A stretch of 64,000 nt of DNA from Haplodiscus bocki (lineage: Eukaryota): NCBI GenBank assembly GCA_965655095.1, contig OZ296656.1:83080001-83144000 (forward strand), written 5' to 3'. Under the pieces are notes generated by a model that was not told the DNA's origin, searched no databases, and saw only the letters and a list, made by a program, of their open reading frames with translations. Positions within the stretch are counted from its first letter, which is position 1. Each line of letters starts with the position of its first letter. The position numbers and the translations under genes were made by a program. Below are positions 27,716 to 41,150 of the stretch, in pieces.

Positions 27716-29499
27716 CTCCCAAGAGTACAAAATTTATGACTCCCCATCCTAGACCAACCAGGAAAGCTTGTCGTTTAATGTGGCGACCTCTGATCGTTTT
27801 TCGTGGCTCCGCCGTACGATTTAGCTAATGGGTGTCAGTTTAGTCGAGTACTTTGTGTTATGATTTGCCACAAACTGAGCATCCTGTAAATTGGTTGTGT
27901 ACTTCTGGATGGTTATGTTTTGTGAGCTCTTGTGGTTATTGTACGACCGAATTGGTGTTGGGTATTGTACATTTTCTGGTCGCAGGGGGAGTATCTTGCA
28001 AATCCTTTAACCGGAATATTTTTGTTGGGCCTCTGTTCGACGGCGTTGGTGATTCGACTGAACCTAGCGTTGGTAATTTTTGGCTGATTTTATTAGTGTC
28101 GGGCCCGGTTTGAGTGTAGTAGCGTGTTGTTGCCGCACACACGTTGTGTATATGTTTAGTTAATTAAAATCCGGAGTTGAACATTGCGGATGGGGATAGT
28201 TCAGTCATATCAGCGTCATAAATGGGCTGCATCTGATGGATCATTTGGGTGGATCACAAGTTGATTTAATGACTGATATTGGGCGTCATAATCTTCTGGC
28301 ATTCATTGGTCTTACATTCCGTATTGCGACGCGTTGTCTTCTTTAGCCGACAATTTTAGGAGTTCCGTTACCATGGGTTTGTCTTATTCCACGAATGATT
28401 GAGTTCTTTGCTCTGCCATTGTTTTTTTCTCAAAATTGGGGAGCCATTTTTTGTAAGTCTTTTTGTTTTTGTGAAAGAACTGGGGGGGGGGGGGTTGTAT
28501 CAATCTTGATGTGAGCATGATATTCGAGTTTGGAGGTGAATGATTTGCGTTTGACTTGGGAAAGAGGAGAAGGGTTGGAGGGCCCTCCAAAATTTGTTCT
28601 AATTGCGGAAAAGTGGCATTTGTTTTTGATATGAAGTGCAAGTGTCTTAAAGTAGAGGTAAAGTTTGATGATGTAATAAATGTGAGCAGCGATGAGAGCG
28701 TTACTTTGATCTTAATTAGCTGTTTAGCTGGCTGTAGAAATTTGTCGATGAGCTATAAAAAATAAAGTGAAGCAATTTTGGGTGATTCTAATGATAGTGA
28801 TAAACGAATGAGTTTTGTCGAATCAGATGAGTGGAATAATGTTTGAAGAAGAAGAAAATTTACTAAAACATGGAAATTGAGTGCAATGAATTTTTTAGGT
28901 CAAACAGATACTGATCTGACTTTATAATGACGTAGGTGAATTTGATTGTTAGGGACTTTAGAAGTCAACTCTGGCAGAAGTATGTCCTTGTATGTTTAGA
29001 CCAGAGAATAACAAGATGACATAGTTTTGACGTAAACCGATTTTGTGCAGTCACGGGATCCACATATTTTTTATTTGTAAATGCTACTGTACATTTGCCT
29101 ATCAATAGTTGGGTTTTTGTGTAATTATTGCCTTCATTGTACGATTCCATCTACCTTTGCCTGTAAAAATCGTCGTGCCTGGAGAACAGTAGTTGCTGGA
29201 ACAGGAGACACTGTCTTTTGCGAAACTCGATTAACACCACTATATTTAGAGCACCAAGTCCCTGTCATTGTTTTTTTGGTGCGACCTTTGGAATGACCAA
29301 TCAGGGACTACTTGATCAGTGACGGTTTGTCACTTGGCCAGAGTTTTTGTTCTTCACTTTTTAAAACCCGCAATCCAAAATGCATATGAACAAACATGTG
29401 TTCCCGACATTGGACTTCCATGAAAACAAGAGAATTTGCTGGTAATTTGCCGTGAACTTTCACAAGTTTTCAATGTTTATATGAAGAATCCCAAATATA

Positions 29500-32400
29500 A
29501 GGAGGGTGTCAAACTGAAAATTGTCGGCGTTTGGTGATTTATTCCCCAGATACAGATGCTGGTAGTGTCGAGATCTTTGAGAATGATACATTACCTGTCA
29601 AGACAATGACAGTATTACAGAGTGCCCGACCCAGTATTGGCGTTGAGGAGACACAAAGACAGTCAGTCGGAAATGCGACTCACAAAACCATAGATGTAGC
29701 GATTTCTGGTCAGAGAAGTGGTGATTCGGACGTGCACGCTTTTTTGTGAAGACAAATGGGGGTCCCTAACTGAGGGCGAGTTACGAACAGTGGCAAAAGT
29801 GAGTAAGGATTCCATTGCGCAGAAACCGGGTTGACCTAGTTCTAGTGCCCCGGTTACTGTTACGGCCCTGGGTGGTATTATCGCCAGAGATCAGGCAAAG
29901 GAAGGTCATATGCATTTAGGTTCAGCGCATTGAAAAATTCCGAGAGCAGCAAGTGTTGACTTTCCTCCGAGCAATTTTGTTTTTGCTGAACAACCAGCGT
30001 AACGTACTGTTGAGGTTTCGTTTACTCCTAATGAGCAGGGAGAAGTTTCTGGTAGAATGCGCTTCTCTGAAAAGAAAAGGAAGGCTAATGATGGAGAGTG
30101 TAGTTGTGCGGCAGCTTCAACTAGTGACCTGATGACAGAAATTGGGCTGTCGGAAAGAGATGCAGTGGTTGGTCCGGGGCACTTGCTGCACGTGTTAGTG
30201 CGCCTACGATTGGTGGGGCTGCTTTGGATTTCCAGTTATATCCGAGAGAAGTGTCGGTTAGTGGTGAGAATTTTTCCCAATGAAGTAAGTACTATCTTAG
30301 TCAGCCCGCTAAATTTTGTTCCAAGAGTTTTTTGTGCTGAATCCCCAGATAACAATGGATCCTGGTCGTAAAACTACCCGTCTTAGCGCCGACCAGTCGT
30401 TTCAATTTGTTCGTGAGGTCGGTTTGGAGGTTACACTTGTTTTGTGTGGGTCACTGGAAGATTTATCAGTTCGTTCGCTTGGAGTTGGTGATGTTTGTTT
30501 GCGTGGGGTGCAGGGCAGGTCGCCATATCCCGGTGCAGTTGGCTCTACTCTCGGTGATAACGTAGCGTTGCAGTCGTGGTATTCCTGCCAACTGTTACTA
30601 GTTTGACTGTTGAGTGTTGGAGTGAAGCTGTCATCGCTTTGTGCCATTCTTCGGCTGATGAACTAAGCAGTTCCCATGGACGTGTTGTTGATGATGCTGT
30701 ATAGCTTGAGAATAATCCACTAGCAGCGCTCGCAGACCAGGAGAGAGCGAGAAGAATGAAAGGGCCAAAGAATGCTGCTGATTTGTCTCAAATGTCACAT
30801 GAGGGAATGCTTAATTCCATCCCAAAGAGCAGTGTTGATGAAGATGGATAGAATATTACAGAAGAAACGATCCAGCGAGTACGCTGGAAAGAAAAATTTG
30901 CTAACGGGCCAGAAGATCCCCTGAGAAACAGGCTTAAATTCTACTGCATGATTTGTCAAGTGAATGAGCCAATGCGTGATTGGGGTGTCTACGACATCAA
31001 AAGACACTATGACAGTCGGAATAACTCGCGTCAGGTCCAGCAATTCAAAGAAAATTTTTTGCCAGAAGTGGGATGGACTCTACAGTGTTGCAGGGAGAGC
31101 AATTTAGCTGAACGCAGAACTTACATGTATTGGGAGGTTCCTGATCTAGATCATAGGCGTCCATTTTAAAATGATGTTCTAAAGGGCAGGACGTTTTTGT
31201 TCACAAGTGTCGGAGATCGGGTGCGCATTCAGTTGCAAATTTTGTTAACCATTTTGAAGGGAAGACGCCGGCTATGGATGCAAAAAAATTTTGGGACGTA
31301 AGTTGGAATCTTGACTGGCAAGTCTGCTGCAACATGTAATTTCAATCGGAGCAAGGAACACATCAGTGTATTTAACTGGTCATTGACTTGATTTGTGAGA
31401 TACTTTTGTTGTACTAGTTATCAAATCAAGTTAGTGTAAGGAGTTGGTCATTGAATTGATTTGTGAGGGAAATTTGACATGCTACTTCATGAGTTCCCCA
31501 GCTTGTTGTTTCAAATGTAATGCCAATCTGTCGTCACTTTTACAAATTTTGACGTTTTTGTTCCGATTTAGAAGTTTTTGCATTATTGCTTCAACTGCTG
31601 GAGCAATTGAGGTTGCTGTTCTCAAAAATTAATTTTGTGTCGATGGAGTTTGACAAAAATTCAAAGCGAAGAAAGATGAGTGTGCGTCTGTGGGAATAGA
31701 ATCGTTTGGTAAATGTGTGCCTCATGCTGTATGGGAGGGATGTGCCAGTCGTTAAAAGTCGGTTGCCGAAGGTTTCAAGTTTTTGGGCGCTGTTTCCGAA
31801 ATTTTCGATATGGTACGTAGTGAATGTCGACGTTTTAAGACTTTAGACCAAAGTCGATGCAGTAAAATATGGCTCCATTGCCCTTAGATTACTCATACGT
31901 TGCAATTGGTGAAGCTACTACGAAAGCTGAGTCAAAGTGTAGTGGGGTGGGCCGCAGCGACCTGTTCGCTCTTTTTCTCACATCGTTACCTCGCAACATA
32001 GTTTGTCTTGATTGCAAATGGATGCAGAACAATCATTACCTGCGCGAGGTTTGTCAATTTACAGTGAAGTGTTCAATTAAGGACAGGAAGTTGAACTTAA
32101 TGTCACTATGTTTTTAGGCAATGAAAGAACAGATTCTTGACATTAAGAATCTTCTTTCAATGTTGCAAGATCTGAGCCAGCAGTGGAGGAATGCGTGTAG
32201 TTAAATCGAATCGATCTTTAACCACCGAAAGTTCCAGAATTTAAAGGGCCATGTGAGACTTTTTTTTGTACATTGCCGAGTCGTGTAAGTGGTCTTTGAC
32301 GTTTGTTTTTTAGCCTCAAGCAATCTACTACTCTGTTACAGGAGAACATTACATCTTGTCGTGGCTGGAACTATTCCAGGCAAAAATGCCAGACTAATAG

Positions 32401-33480
32401 GAAAGTGTTGGATTGTTGGGTGTTAGCAGTCAGCGTGATCAGTCCTCTCTCTATTTGGGCAACTCTTGAATTTCTGCCTCCAGCTACTGCGGAGAATTGC
32501 TGCAAAGTCGAGTTTGCCATGTGAAAAAGACTGCGATTAAATCCTTTTTTTTCGATTTCACTGGCTTCAGTTTTCTTGCCATCCAAAAATTCATGAAAAT
32601 GCTTCAATTTTGAACATCAGGTTTGCGTGTTGTCAAAACTAATGTGGATTGGGAGAGGGAGAATGGGAAGTTGAAGGAGAAAGTTGCTCAATCGTTGAAT
32701 GCCATTTCATTGGATGAGTCTGTAGCCCCTTATTTGGAATCTGCGAGCAATTACATTAAGTTTACTTGCGAAGGGCTTATCTCCTTTAGTGTGTGGAAAT
32801 CTGATTTAGTGATGTGGGAGGCAAATTCTGATTGAAACTTCTAATTTGATTTGCCCAAAGAAGAGGCTGCGTTATGTTATGCTTATCTGTTCAAGAGTAT
32901 CAGCGTTTGGGTGGCATTTGGGTGGCAAAAGACTTGAGGAGTGTCCATATTGAAGAGCAGGTAGATTTGATTGATGACTTACGAAATTGTTATGTCAATG
33001 ACGATTAGAGTGGACCTGAAATCGGCGATCTGATCATTTTCTTGTGCAGATGTCCTGAGTTATGTCAAAAACTGAAGAAATTGACAGTGTTCCCAATTAG
33101 TAGCCTTTGCGTCTCCCATTCCCTGCCGCATTGCCAGATGTACAATTTGGCTCGGCTAAGACATCTTCTGAAGGTCCTGTTTTTGACGAGATCATAGAAC
33201 CGTTTAAGATTTATTTGTTGTCCTAAATTCCTCAAGCAAATATACTTACAAAGGCTGGTTCAATTATTGAGTTCGTGGAAGTGATGGAAAATTTCGATGG
33301 GACTGCGTTGCAGAATGGATACAACATTAGGGTTTTTTGTCTGCGTTATTACTCGGGCTGATTAAAGCAATTTCGTAAAGTTTGAGAGGCCCATTTGTGA
33401 TTTGATTAAATGTTTTCTGTTAGTTTGTTGGTTATTCTTGATTTGATATTGTTTTTGCAGTTTTGAGAGGACTGTTTAAA
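29500..33480 (+). pseudogene. Antisense (relative to element 2) zinc-finger gene, decayed homologue of 57077-61562; boundaries approximate
   Basis: FANGPEDPLRNRLKFYCMICQVNEPMRDWGVYDIKRHYDSRN...DHRRPF aligns with FVTGPLDAANLPSNFYCRLCRKDVSVLTHGHHEKLRHSQGRRH...DPEHPF. IGDLIIFLCRCPELCQKLKKLTVF aligns with INSVFAFCNQPSFRSRRNLHKIF. Confidence 0.75.
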
Positions 33481-36400
33481 TATAACTGTGTTTTGTTGCG
33501 TCCCGGAAGAGGCGAGAAAAAGAAAAGATTGATTAAAAATATTGAACTTTTGAGTGCCGGTGGTATTAATCATTTATTTGCCAATTGTTTAATTTCAATC
33601 TGAGTCAGAGAAGTTTGGGTTTTTAGAGGGCCTTTTGGGTCTGAGAATTTTAACTGCTGTAAGATTGGACACCGGGTAAGCGAATGCGCATCTTGAAAAT
33701 ACATCAAATGCTATGATGATGATTTCGTAGCTTCCATTTAGTGGGGTTTTGGTAGCAAATCTATTTGCAGGACGTCTTCTAGACCTAAACTTCATTAAGG
33801 TATACTAATATGTTCAGGTGTAATATGTGAGTTGTCAATCAGTTTGTCTTGGACGTAGTTTTTACATCCTTTTATCCATTTGAGGACATGGTTCGCAATT
33901 GATGGGTGGTAGATTTTCTGTCTGAGGTCTTGCTTTATTTTAGAGATGCCTGGATGTTTGCTTGCTTCACCATGTAGTGATTTCAGTAGAGTATCGTTTA
34001 GTTGCACCAATAGTAACTAGTAACACTTGTAGGTGGTTAATATCAGCGACGTTGTTGTAGCATTGTCTGTACAAGATATCGTCTTTCATTATGATGCGTT
34101 TTTTGTTTGGGCAATAGTCAGTGAATCTAGTGTTCATTTGTAAGATGTGTTGGTCAAAAGGTCAGCCATGCATTTATCGTTCGACAACAGGTGGCAATGC
34201 GTCTGCATTTTGATCAATTTTTATATGTGGGACCTATCTTGATGAAAGTTTCCATGTTTTACATTAGGAGGTCTGTGTCTTTGTCATTTTTATGGCAGTG
34301 CTACATGGTTTTGACTAGAGGTTCAGTCTATACAGTATTCCGTTATTCTTCTTTTTTGCCAAAACTTTTCTCCGGATAGCAAGTCAACTTCATCGAAGTC
34401 ATAGAAAATTGGGTCTTCTTGTGCTAATCGTGTTTTTTCAGTGTTGACTTCAATTGGGTTTGTAGGAAGGTTTTCTCTAATTCTAAGGATGATTTTTTCA
34501 ATTAGCTATGTCCTCAAACTTGATAAAGAAACAACGGCTGTGTTCGAGTTGCCAGGATTGTGTGCTCTAGCAAAGATGAATTGTAGGCTAAAATCTTGCG
34601 CGCTCCATTATGGTGGTAGAATCAATTTTGTTTGAAAAAATTGTGTCACTGATTTGCTGTCTGTCATAGTGATGACTGGTGTTGTTGTTTCCCAGAGTAT
34701 ATGTCCAACTTTTTTGAATGCTCAATAGATGGCTAGGATTTGTGTGGCGTAAATGGACACTTTCATTTGTGAGGCCGTGAAGGTTTTGCAGCCATATACT
34801 ACTGGGGCTTAGTTTTTGCGTGTTGACATAAATTTGTGATTATGCTTATCTTCTGTTAAAACTGCATAACTTGCGACTTTAAAACTTGTCCCGGTCATTT
34901 GGCTTGATTGTTTGTCAGGTAAAGGCTGTTTGAGTTCCAATTGACAACATTTTTCTTCGACGTCTTTAATCTCGCGGAATTCATTCATGCGTTCTGGTGT
35001 GATGATGATAGGTCTTTGTTGTCTGTTGCTTCAAGGAGTCAAGTTAGTGTAAGGAGTTGGTCATTGAATTGATTTGTGAGGGAAATTTGACATGCTACTT
35101 CATGAGTTCCCCAGCTTGTTGTTTCAAATTTAATGCCAATCTGTCGTCACTTTTACAAATTTTGACGTTTTTGTTCCGATTTAGAAGTTTTTGCATTATT
35201 GCTTCAACTGCTGGAGCGATTGAGGTTGCTGTTCTCAAAAATTAATTTTGTGTCGATGGAGTTTGACAAAAATTCAAAGCGAAGAAAGATGAGTGTGCGT
35301 CTGTGGGAATAGAATCGTTTGGTAAATGTGTGCCTCATGCTGTATGGGAGGGATGTGCCAGTCGTTAAAAGTCGGTTGCCGAAGGTTTCAAGTTTTTGGG
35401 CGCTGTTTCCGAAATTTTCGATATGGTACGTAGTGAATGTCGACGTTTTAAGACTTTAGACCAAAGTCGATGCAGTAAAATATGGCTCCATTGCCCTTAG
35501 ATTACTCATACGTTGCAATTGGTGAAGCTACTACGAAAGCTGAGTCAAAGTGTAGTGGGGTGGGCCGCAGCGACCTGTTCGCTCTTTTTCTCACATCGTT
35601 ACCTCGCAACATAGTTTGTCTTGATTGCAAATGGATGCAGAACAATCATTACCTGCGCGAGGTTTGTCAATTTACAGTGAAGTGTTCAATTAAGGACAGG
35701 AAGTTGAACTTAATGTCACTATGTTTTTAGGCAATGAAAGAACAGATTCTTGACATTAAGAATCTTCTTTCAATGTTGCAAGATCTGAGCCAGCAGTGGA
35801 GGAATGCGTGTAGTTAAATCGAATCGATCTTTAACCACCGAAAGTTCCAGAATTTAAAGGGCCATGTGAGACTTTTTTTTGTACATTGCCGAGTCGTGTA
35901 AGTGGTCTTTGACGTTTGTTTTTTAGCCTCAAGCAATCTACTACTCTGTTACAGGAGAACATTACATCTTGTCGTGGCTGGAACTATTCCAGGCAAAAAT
36001 GCCAGACTAATAGGAAAGTGTTGGATTGTTGGGTGTTAGCAGTCAGCGTGATCAGTCCTCTCTCTATTTGGGCAACTCTTGAATTTCTGCCTCCAGCTAC
36101 TGCGGAGAATTGCTGCAAAGTCGAGTTTGCCATGTGAAAAAGACTGCGATTAAATCCTTTTTTTTTCGATTTCACTGGCTTCAGTTTTCTTGCCATCCAA
36201 AAATTCATGAAAATGCTTCAATTTTGAACATCAGGTTTGCGTGTTGTCAAAACTAATGTGGATTGGGAGAGGGAGAATGGGAAGTTGAAGGAGAAAGTTG
36301 CTCAATCGTTGAATGCCATTTCATTGGATGAGTCTGTAGCCCCTTATTTGGAATCTGCGAGCAATTACATTAAGTTTACTTGCGAAGGGCTTATCTCCTT

Positions 36401-38653
36401 TAGTGTGTGGAAATCTGATTTAGTGATGTGGGAGGCAAATTCTGATTGAAACTTCTAATTTGATTTGCCCAAAGAAGAGGCTGCGTTATGTTATGCTTAT
36501 CTGTTCAAGAGTATCAGCGTTTGGGTGGCATTTGGGTGGCAAAAGACTTGAGGAGTGTCCATATTGAAGAGCAGGTAGATTTGATTGATGATTTACGAAA
36601 TTGTTATGTCAATGACGATTAGAGTGGACCTGAAATCGGCGATCTGATCATTTTCTTGTGCGGATGTCCTGAGTTATGTCAAAAACTGAAGAAATTGACA
36701 GTGTTCCCAATTAGTAGTCTTTGCGTCTCCCATTCCCTGCCGCATTGCCAGATGTACAATTTGGCTCGGCTAAGACATCTTCTGAAGGTCCTGTTTTTGA
36801 CGAGATCATAGAACCGTTTAAGATTTATTTGTTGTCCTAAATTCCTCAAGCAAATATACTTACAAAGGCTGGTTCAATTATTGAGTTCGTGGAAGTGATG
36901 GAAAATTTCGATGGGACTGCGTTGCAGAATGGATACAACATTAGGGTTTTTTGTCTGCGTTATTACTCGGGCTGATTAAAGCAATTTCGTAAAGTTTGAG
37001 AGGCCCATTTGTGATTTGATTAAATGTTTTCTGTTAGTTTGTTGGTTATTCTTGATTTGATATTGTTTTTGCAGTTTTGAGAGGACTGTTTAAATATAAC
37101 TGTGTTTTGTTGCGTCCCGGAAGAGGCGAGAAAAAGAAAAGATTGATTAAAAATATTGAACTTTTGAGTGCCGGTGGTATTAATCATTTATTTGCCAATT
37201 GTTTAATTTCAATCTGAGTCAGAGAAGTTTGGGTTTTTAGAGGGCCTTTTGGGTCTGAGAATTTTAACTGCTGTAAGATTGGATACCGGGTAAGCGAATG
37301 CGCATCTTGAAAATACATCAATTGCTATGATGATGATTTCGTAGCTTCCATTTAGTGGGGTTTTGGTAGCAAATCTATTTGCAGGACGTCTTCTAGACCT
37401 AAACTTCATTAAGGTATACTAATATGTTCAGGTGTAATATGTGAGTTGTCAATCAGTTTGTCTTGGACGTAGTTTTTACATCCTTTTATCCATTTGAGGA
37501 CATGGTTCGCAATTGATGGGTGGTAGATTTTCTGTCTGAGGTCTTGCTTTATTTTAGAGATGCCTGGATGTTTGCTTGCTTCACCATGTAGTGATTTCAG
37601 TAGAGTATCGTTTAGTTGCACCAATAGTAACTAGTAACACTTGTAGGTGGTTAATATCAGCGACGTTGTTGTAGCATTGTCTGTACAAGATATCGTCTTT
37701 CATTATGATGCGTTTTTTGTTTGGGCAATAGTCAGTGAATCTAGTGTTCATTTGTAAGATGTGTTGGTCAAAAGGTCAGCCATGCATTTATCGTTCGACA
37801 ACAGGTGGCAATGCGTCTGCATTTTGATCAATTTTTATATGTGGGACCTATCTTGATGAAAGTTTCCATGTTTTACATTAGGAGGTCTGTGTCTTTGTCA
37901 TTTTTATGGCAGTGCTACATGGTTTTGACTAGAGGTTCAGTCTATACAGTATTCCGTTATTCTTCTTTTTTGCCAAAACTTTTCTCCGGATAGCAAGTCA
38001 ACTTCATCGAAGTCATAGAAAATTGGGTCTTCTTGTGCTAATCGTGTTTTTTCAGTGTTGACTTCAATTGGGTTTGTAGGAAGGTCTTCTCTAATTCTAA
38101 GGATGATTTTTTCAATTAGCTATGTCCTCAAACTTGATAAAGAAACAACGGCTGTGTTCGAGTTGCCAGGATTGTGTGCTCTAGCAAAGATGAATTGTAG
38201 GCTAAAATCTTGCGCGCTCCATTATGGTGGTAGAATCAATTTTGTTTGAAAAAATTGTGTCACTGATTTGCTGTCTGTCATAGTGATGACTGGTGTTGTT
38301 GTTTCCCAGAGTATATGTCCAACTTTTTTGAATGCTCAATAGATGGCTAGGATTTGTGTGGCGTAAATGGACACTTTCATTTGTGAGGCCGTGAAGGTTT
38401 TGCAGCCATATACTACTGGGGCTTAGTTTTTGCGTGTTGACATAAATTTGTGATTATGCTTATCTTCTGTTAAAACTGCATAACTTGCGACTTTAAAACT
38501 TGTCCCGGTCATTTGGCTTGATTGTTTGTCAGGTAAAGGCTGTTTGAGTTCCAATTGACAACATTTTTCTTCGACGTCTTTAATCTCACGGAATTCATTC
38601 ATGCGTTCTGGTGTGATGATGATAGGTCTTTGTTGTCTGTTGCTTCAAGGAGT
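31426..38653. repeat. Near-identical tandem duplication of a ~3,613-bp unit (31426-35039 and 35039-38653)
   Basis: ORF pairs offset by 3613/3614 bp (31444/35057, 33795/37409). About ten differences seen by eye. Confidence 0.97.
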
Positions 38654-41150
38654 AGGAAGGAACGGTCTAGCATTTCTGCTAAACGGGGTATGAGAGTTCG
38701 GCAAAATTTTCGGAAGTCGGTGTATCGTTGTAATGCTTTTGTAGAGCGTACATATTTGCCTTTTCCTAAAATTTTCGTGATTTTTTGTTTTTTTCGGGGT
38801 CACTCTGTTTAGTTTAATGTTTCGTCCGAGAAAATCAATTTCTTCTGTTCCGAAATGGCATTCTGCCAGGAAAATTATCAATCCTGCGTTTTGAGCGCAT
38901 TTGAAAACGTCTCGTAAGTTGATGATCAGCAGTTCAGGCGATTTTGTGGCAATGTCGATGTCAGCGAAATAATGTGCGCATTGATCTGTTATGATAACAG
39001 GATTAGGATAATCAATTATAAAAACTTCGGAAAGCTAACAAAGATCTGCTAAAGTTTTGTGCTAGTCTCTGAAATGCATACGTTCTGCTGTCGAAAATGA
39101 ATTCGAGCATTTTTTCAGATTGTTGGACTGCCTTTTGTAAACAATGATATGCCTGGGAAAAAAGACGTTTACAAATTTATTTTTTTCCTGCCATGTGTTG
39201 TGCAGCATCTGACAGTTTGCTGGCGGCGTGGTTATTATTCATATAATCTTCTGGTATCGAGTCGTTGATTTTTCGTAAATAGTAAATATACGAGGAGACG
39301 TAGTCTACAGTTTGGTTTTTTTTGCGCGAAAACTGGACTCGCGTAATTGCTAAAAGAAAGGCTGGGAAAATGGCCGTGTTTCTGTAATAGGGCAAACTCC
39401 ACTGTAATGTCTTCTCCCAGATTGATTGGTGTGGGTGCTCTGACTATAAGCTGCATTTTTATCTATAGGTGTCAATTTTACTCTGAAGTCAATTTTAGTT
39501 CCAATATTAATTGCAAAAATGTCATAAAATTCATCGAATAGTTCGACAAAGGGTTGAAGTGCTTGTTTGTCACATGTTTATCCATTCCAATCGAAATTAG
39601 ACAATTTTAGTCACGTGATTTTCGGTTATCTTGTGTAATCGTTGTTCATATTTCTGTAAAGCTATCAGTTCTTGAAGTATACGTTTTTGTATTGGTGTGT
39701 TGTGTCTCATCACTGGGTTTGTAAGGGTAAGAAACCAATATATTTTGTTGGTTTCCTCAGACTTGGGCCTTTTCAATATTGCGCTAAGGTATTGAATGGC
39801 CTCATCATGGTTTGTGTCTAAGGGATGACGGAATGGTGCTGGGTTTACTGTTTAATATAGTTTGCTTGGTTTGGTGTTAGTGTTAAAAAAATTGCGTTAC
39901 GGCATCCTTTTTTTAGTGTTCATGCTTTTCCAAGAAGTTTTTGATAAGTTTTGTGTATTGCCTTCCGTGAGTTGTTGTCAAACTTGGGCTAATGATGAGA
40001 TCATTATTATCTTCTAGATAATGGGCGGATTTTATAGTGTCCGTTACTTGAGTTTCTGTATACACTTGAGATTTGGTGTAAATCAAGGTTGGTTTTCTTG
40101 GTTCAGAAGGGGATGTCTGTTGTTTTTAAAGAAGGTTCGTTATTTGTAGAGCCCTCGGTGTCTGCATGTTTGAGTTGCATGGAAAAAGAAGGGAAAACAA
40201 GTACTCCTTGACGCATGACTAGGATAGTGCTGTTTTTTGTAAAAAAAAACAATCCAATTGATAGACCCGTTAGATTGGTCATGAAAATGAAACGTTCTTT
40301 GAATAAAATATCCCCAATTTCAAATTGAACTTCAACTGTTGCACTTGATGTTTCTAGATGTCCGTTCGCTACTATCATTTGGAAATCCGGGGCAAGTTCC
40401 TAATTTAATATTGTTTCCGTAAATCTGTTTCTGAAATGGCACGTGTGAATGCGCTTGTATCATTGAAGCCATCAATGGTTAATTTCCCGAAATCCATTGA
40501 GAATTAAAGCATCCTCTTTTTGTTTTTCCGCTGGAAGATCGTCAATAGTGGTAGGAAGTTTGTGTGTTTGCCAGGAATTGATTGGACTTGTGGGTTGATT
40601 TCTGTGTCAACGATAGCATAGTGGTTTGTTTCGAAATTGGGTCATGGTTTGAAGTTTGGTAATGTTGAAAAATTGGGCAGTTCTGGATTAACTACCGAAA
40701 GTCAATCAATGCGTATATGAGTTTTTGTGACACGTGTCACACGCGTCAGTCTATAATTATATCGCCGCCATAAAGTTGTTCTAGTGACTTGTTAAAAATG
40801 TGACTGACCTTAAATTTTCTCTGATCGTTACGATCATCATCCCAGTAAGTATCTAGTTGATACTCTAGGGCAATAAAATGTAGCTCGTAATCAAGTGCTT
40901 CCAGTAGAGCTCCAAAGGGTGTAGGAATGCTTTGTTTGGCTCAATTTTGGTGAGTTAGGGTTTCGTTTTTGATTTAGAAAAAGCATTTTATTTGATCGTT
41001 TTATGCAGGTTTTTTCCATCCGTTGCTGCCCGACAGCGAATGGGACACCTTCACATATAATTTAAATTTCGTTTCAATATAGATTAGGTTGGTCAGATTG
41101 TACATAATGAGTTGCGAGTGGTATGTATGACCAGTGTAGTCGTGCTGTTT
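33595..41150 (-). pseudogene. pol: Element 2 pol remnant (PR-RT-RH-truncated IN); RH/IN part present twice because of the duplication
   Basis: IDGFNDTSA (degenerate protease), IVANGHLE, YASPVFAQKKPN, LSDAAQHMAGK, CHFGTEEIDFLG, LHGEASKHPG, AIDVFSRCAFAYP. Collinear with element 1 pol. Confidence 0.9.

Noticed and set aside
27389-27752. ORFs spanning the N run
   Set aside because: Artefacts of translating the gap.
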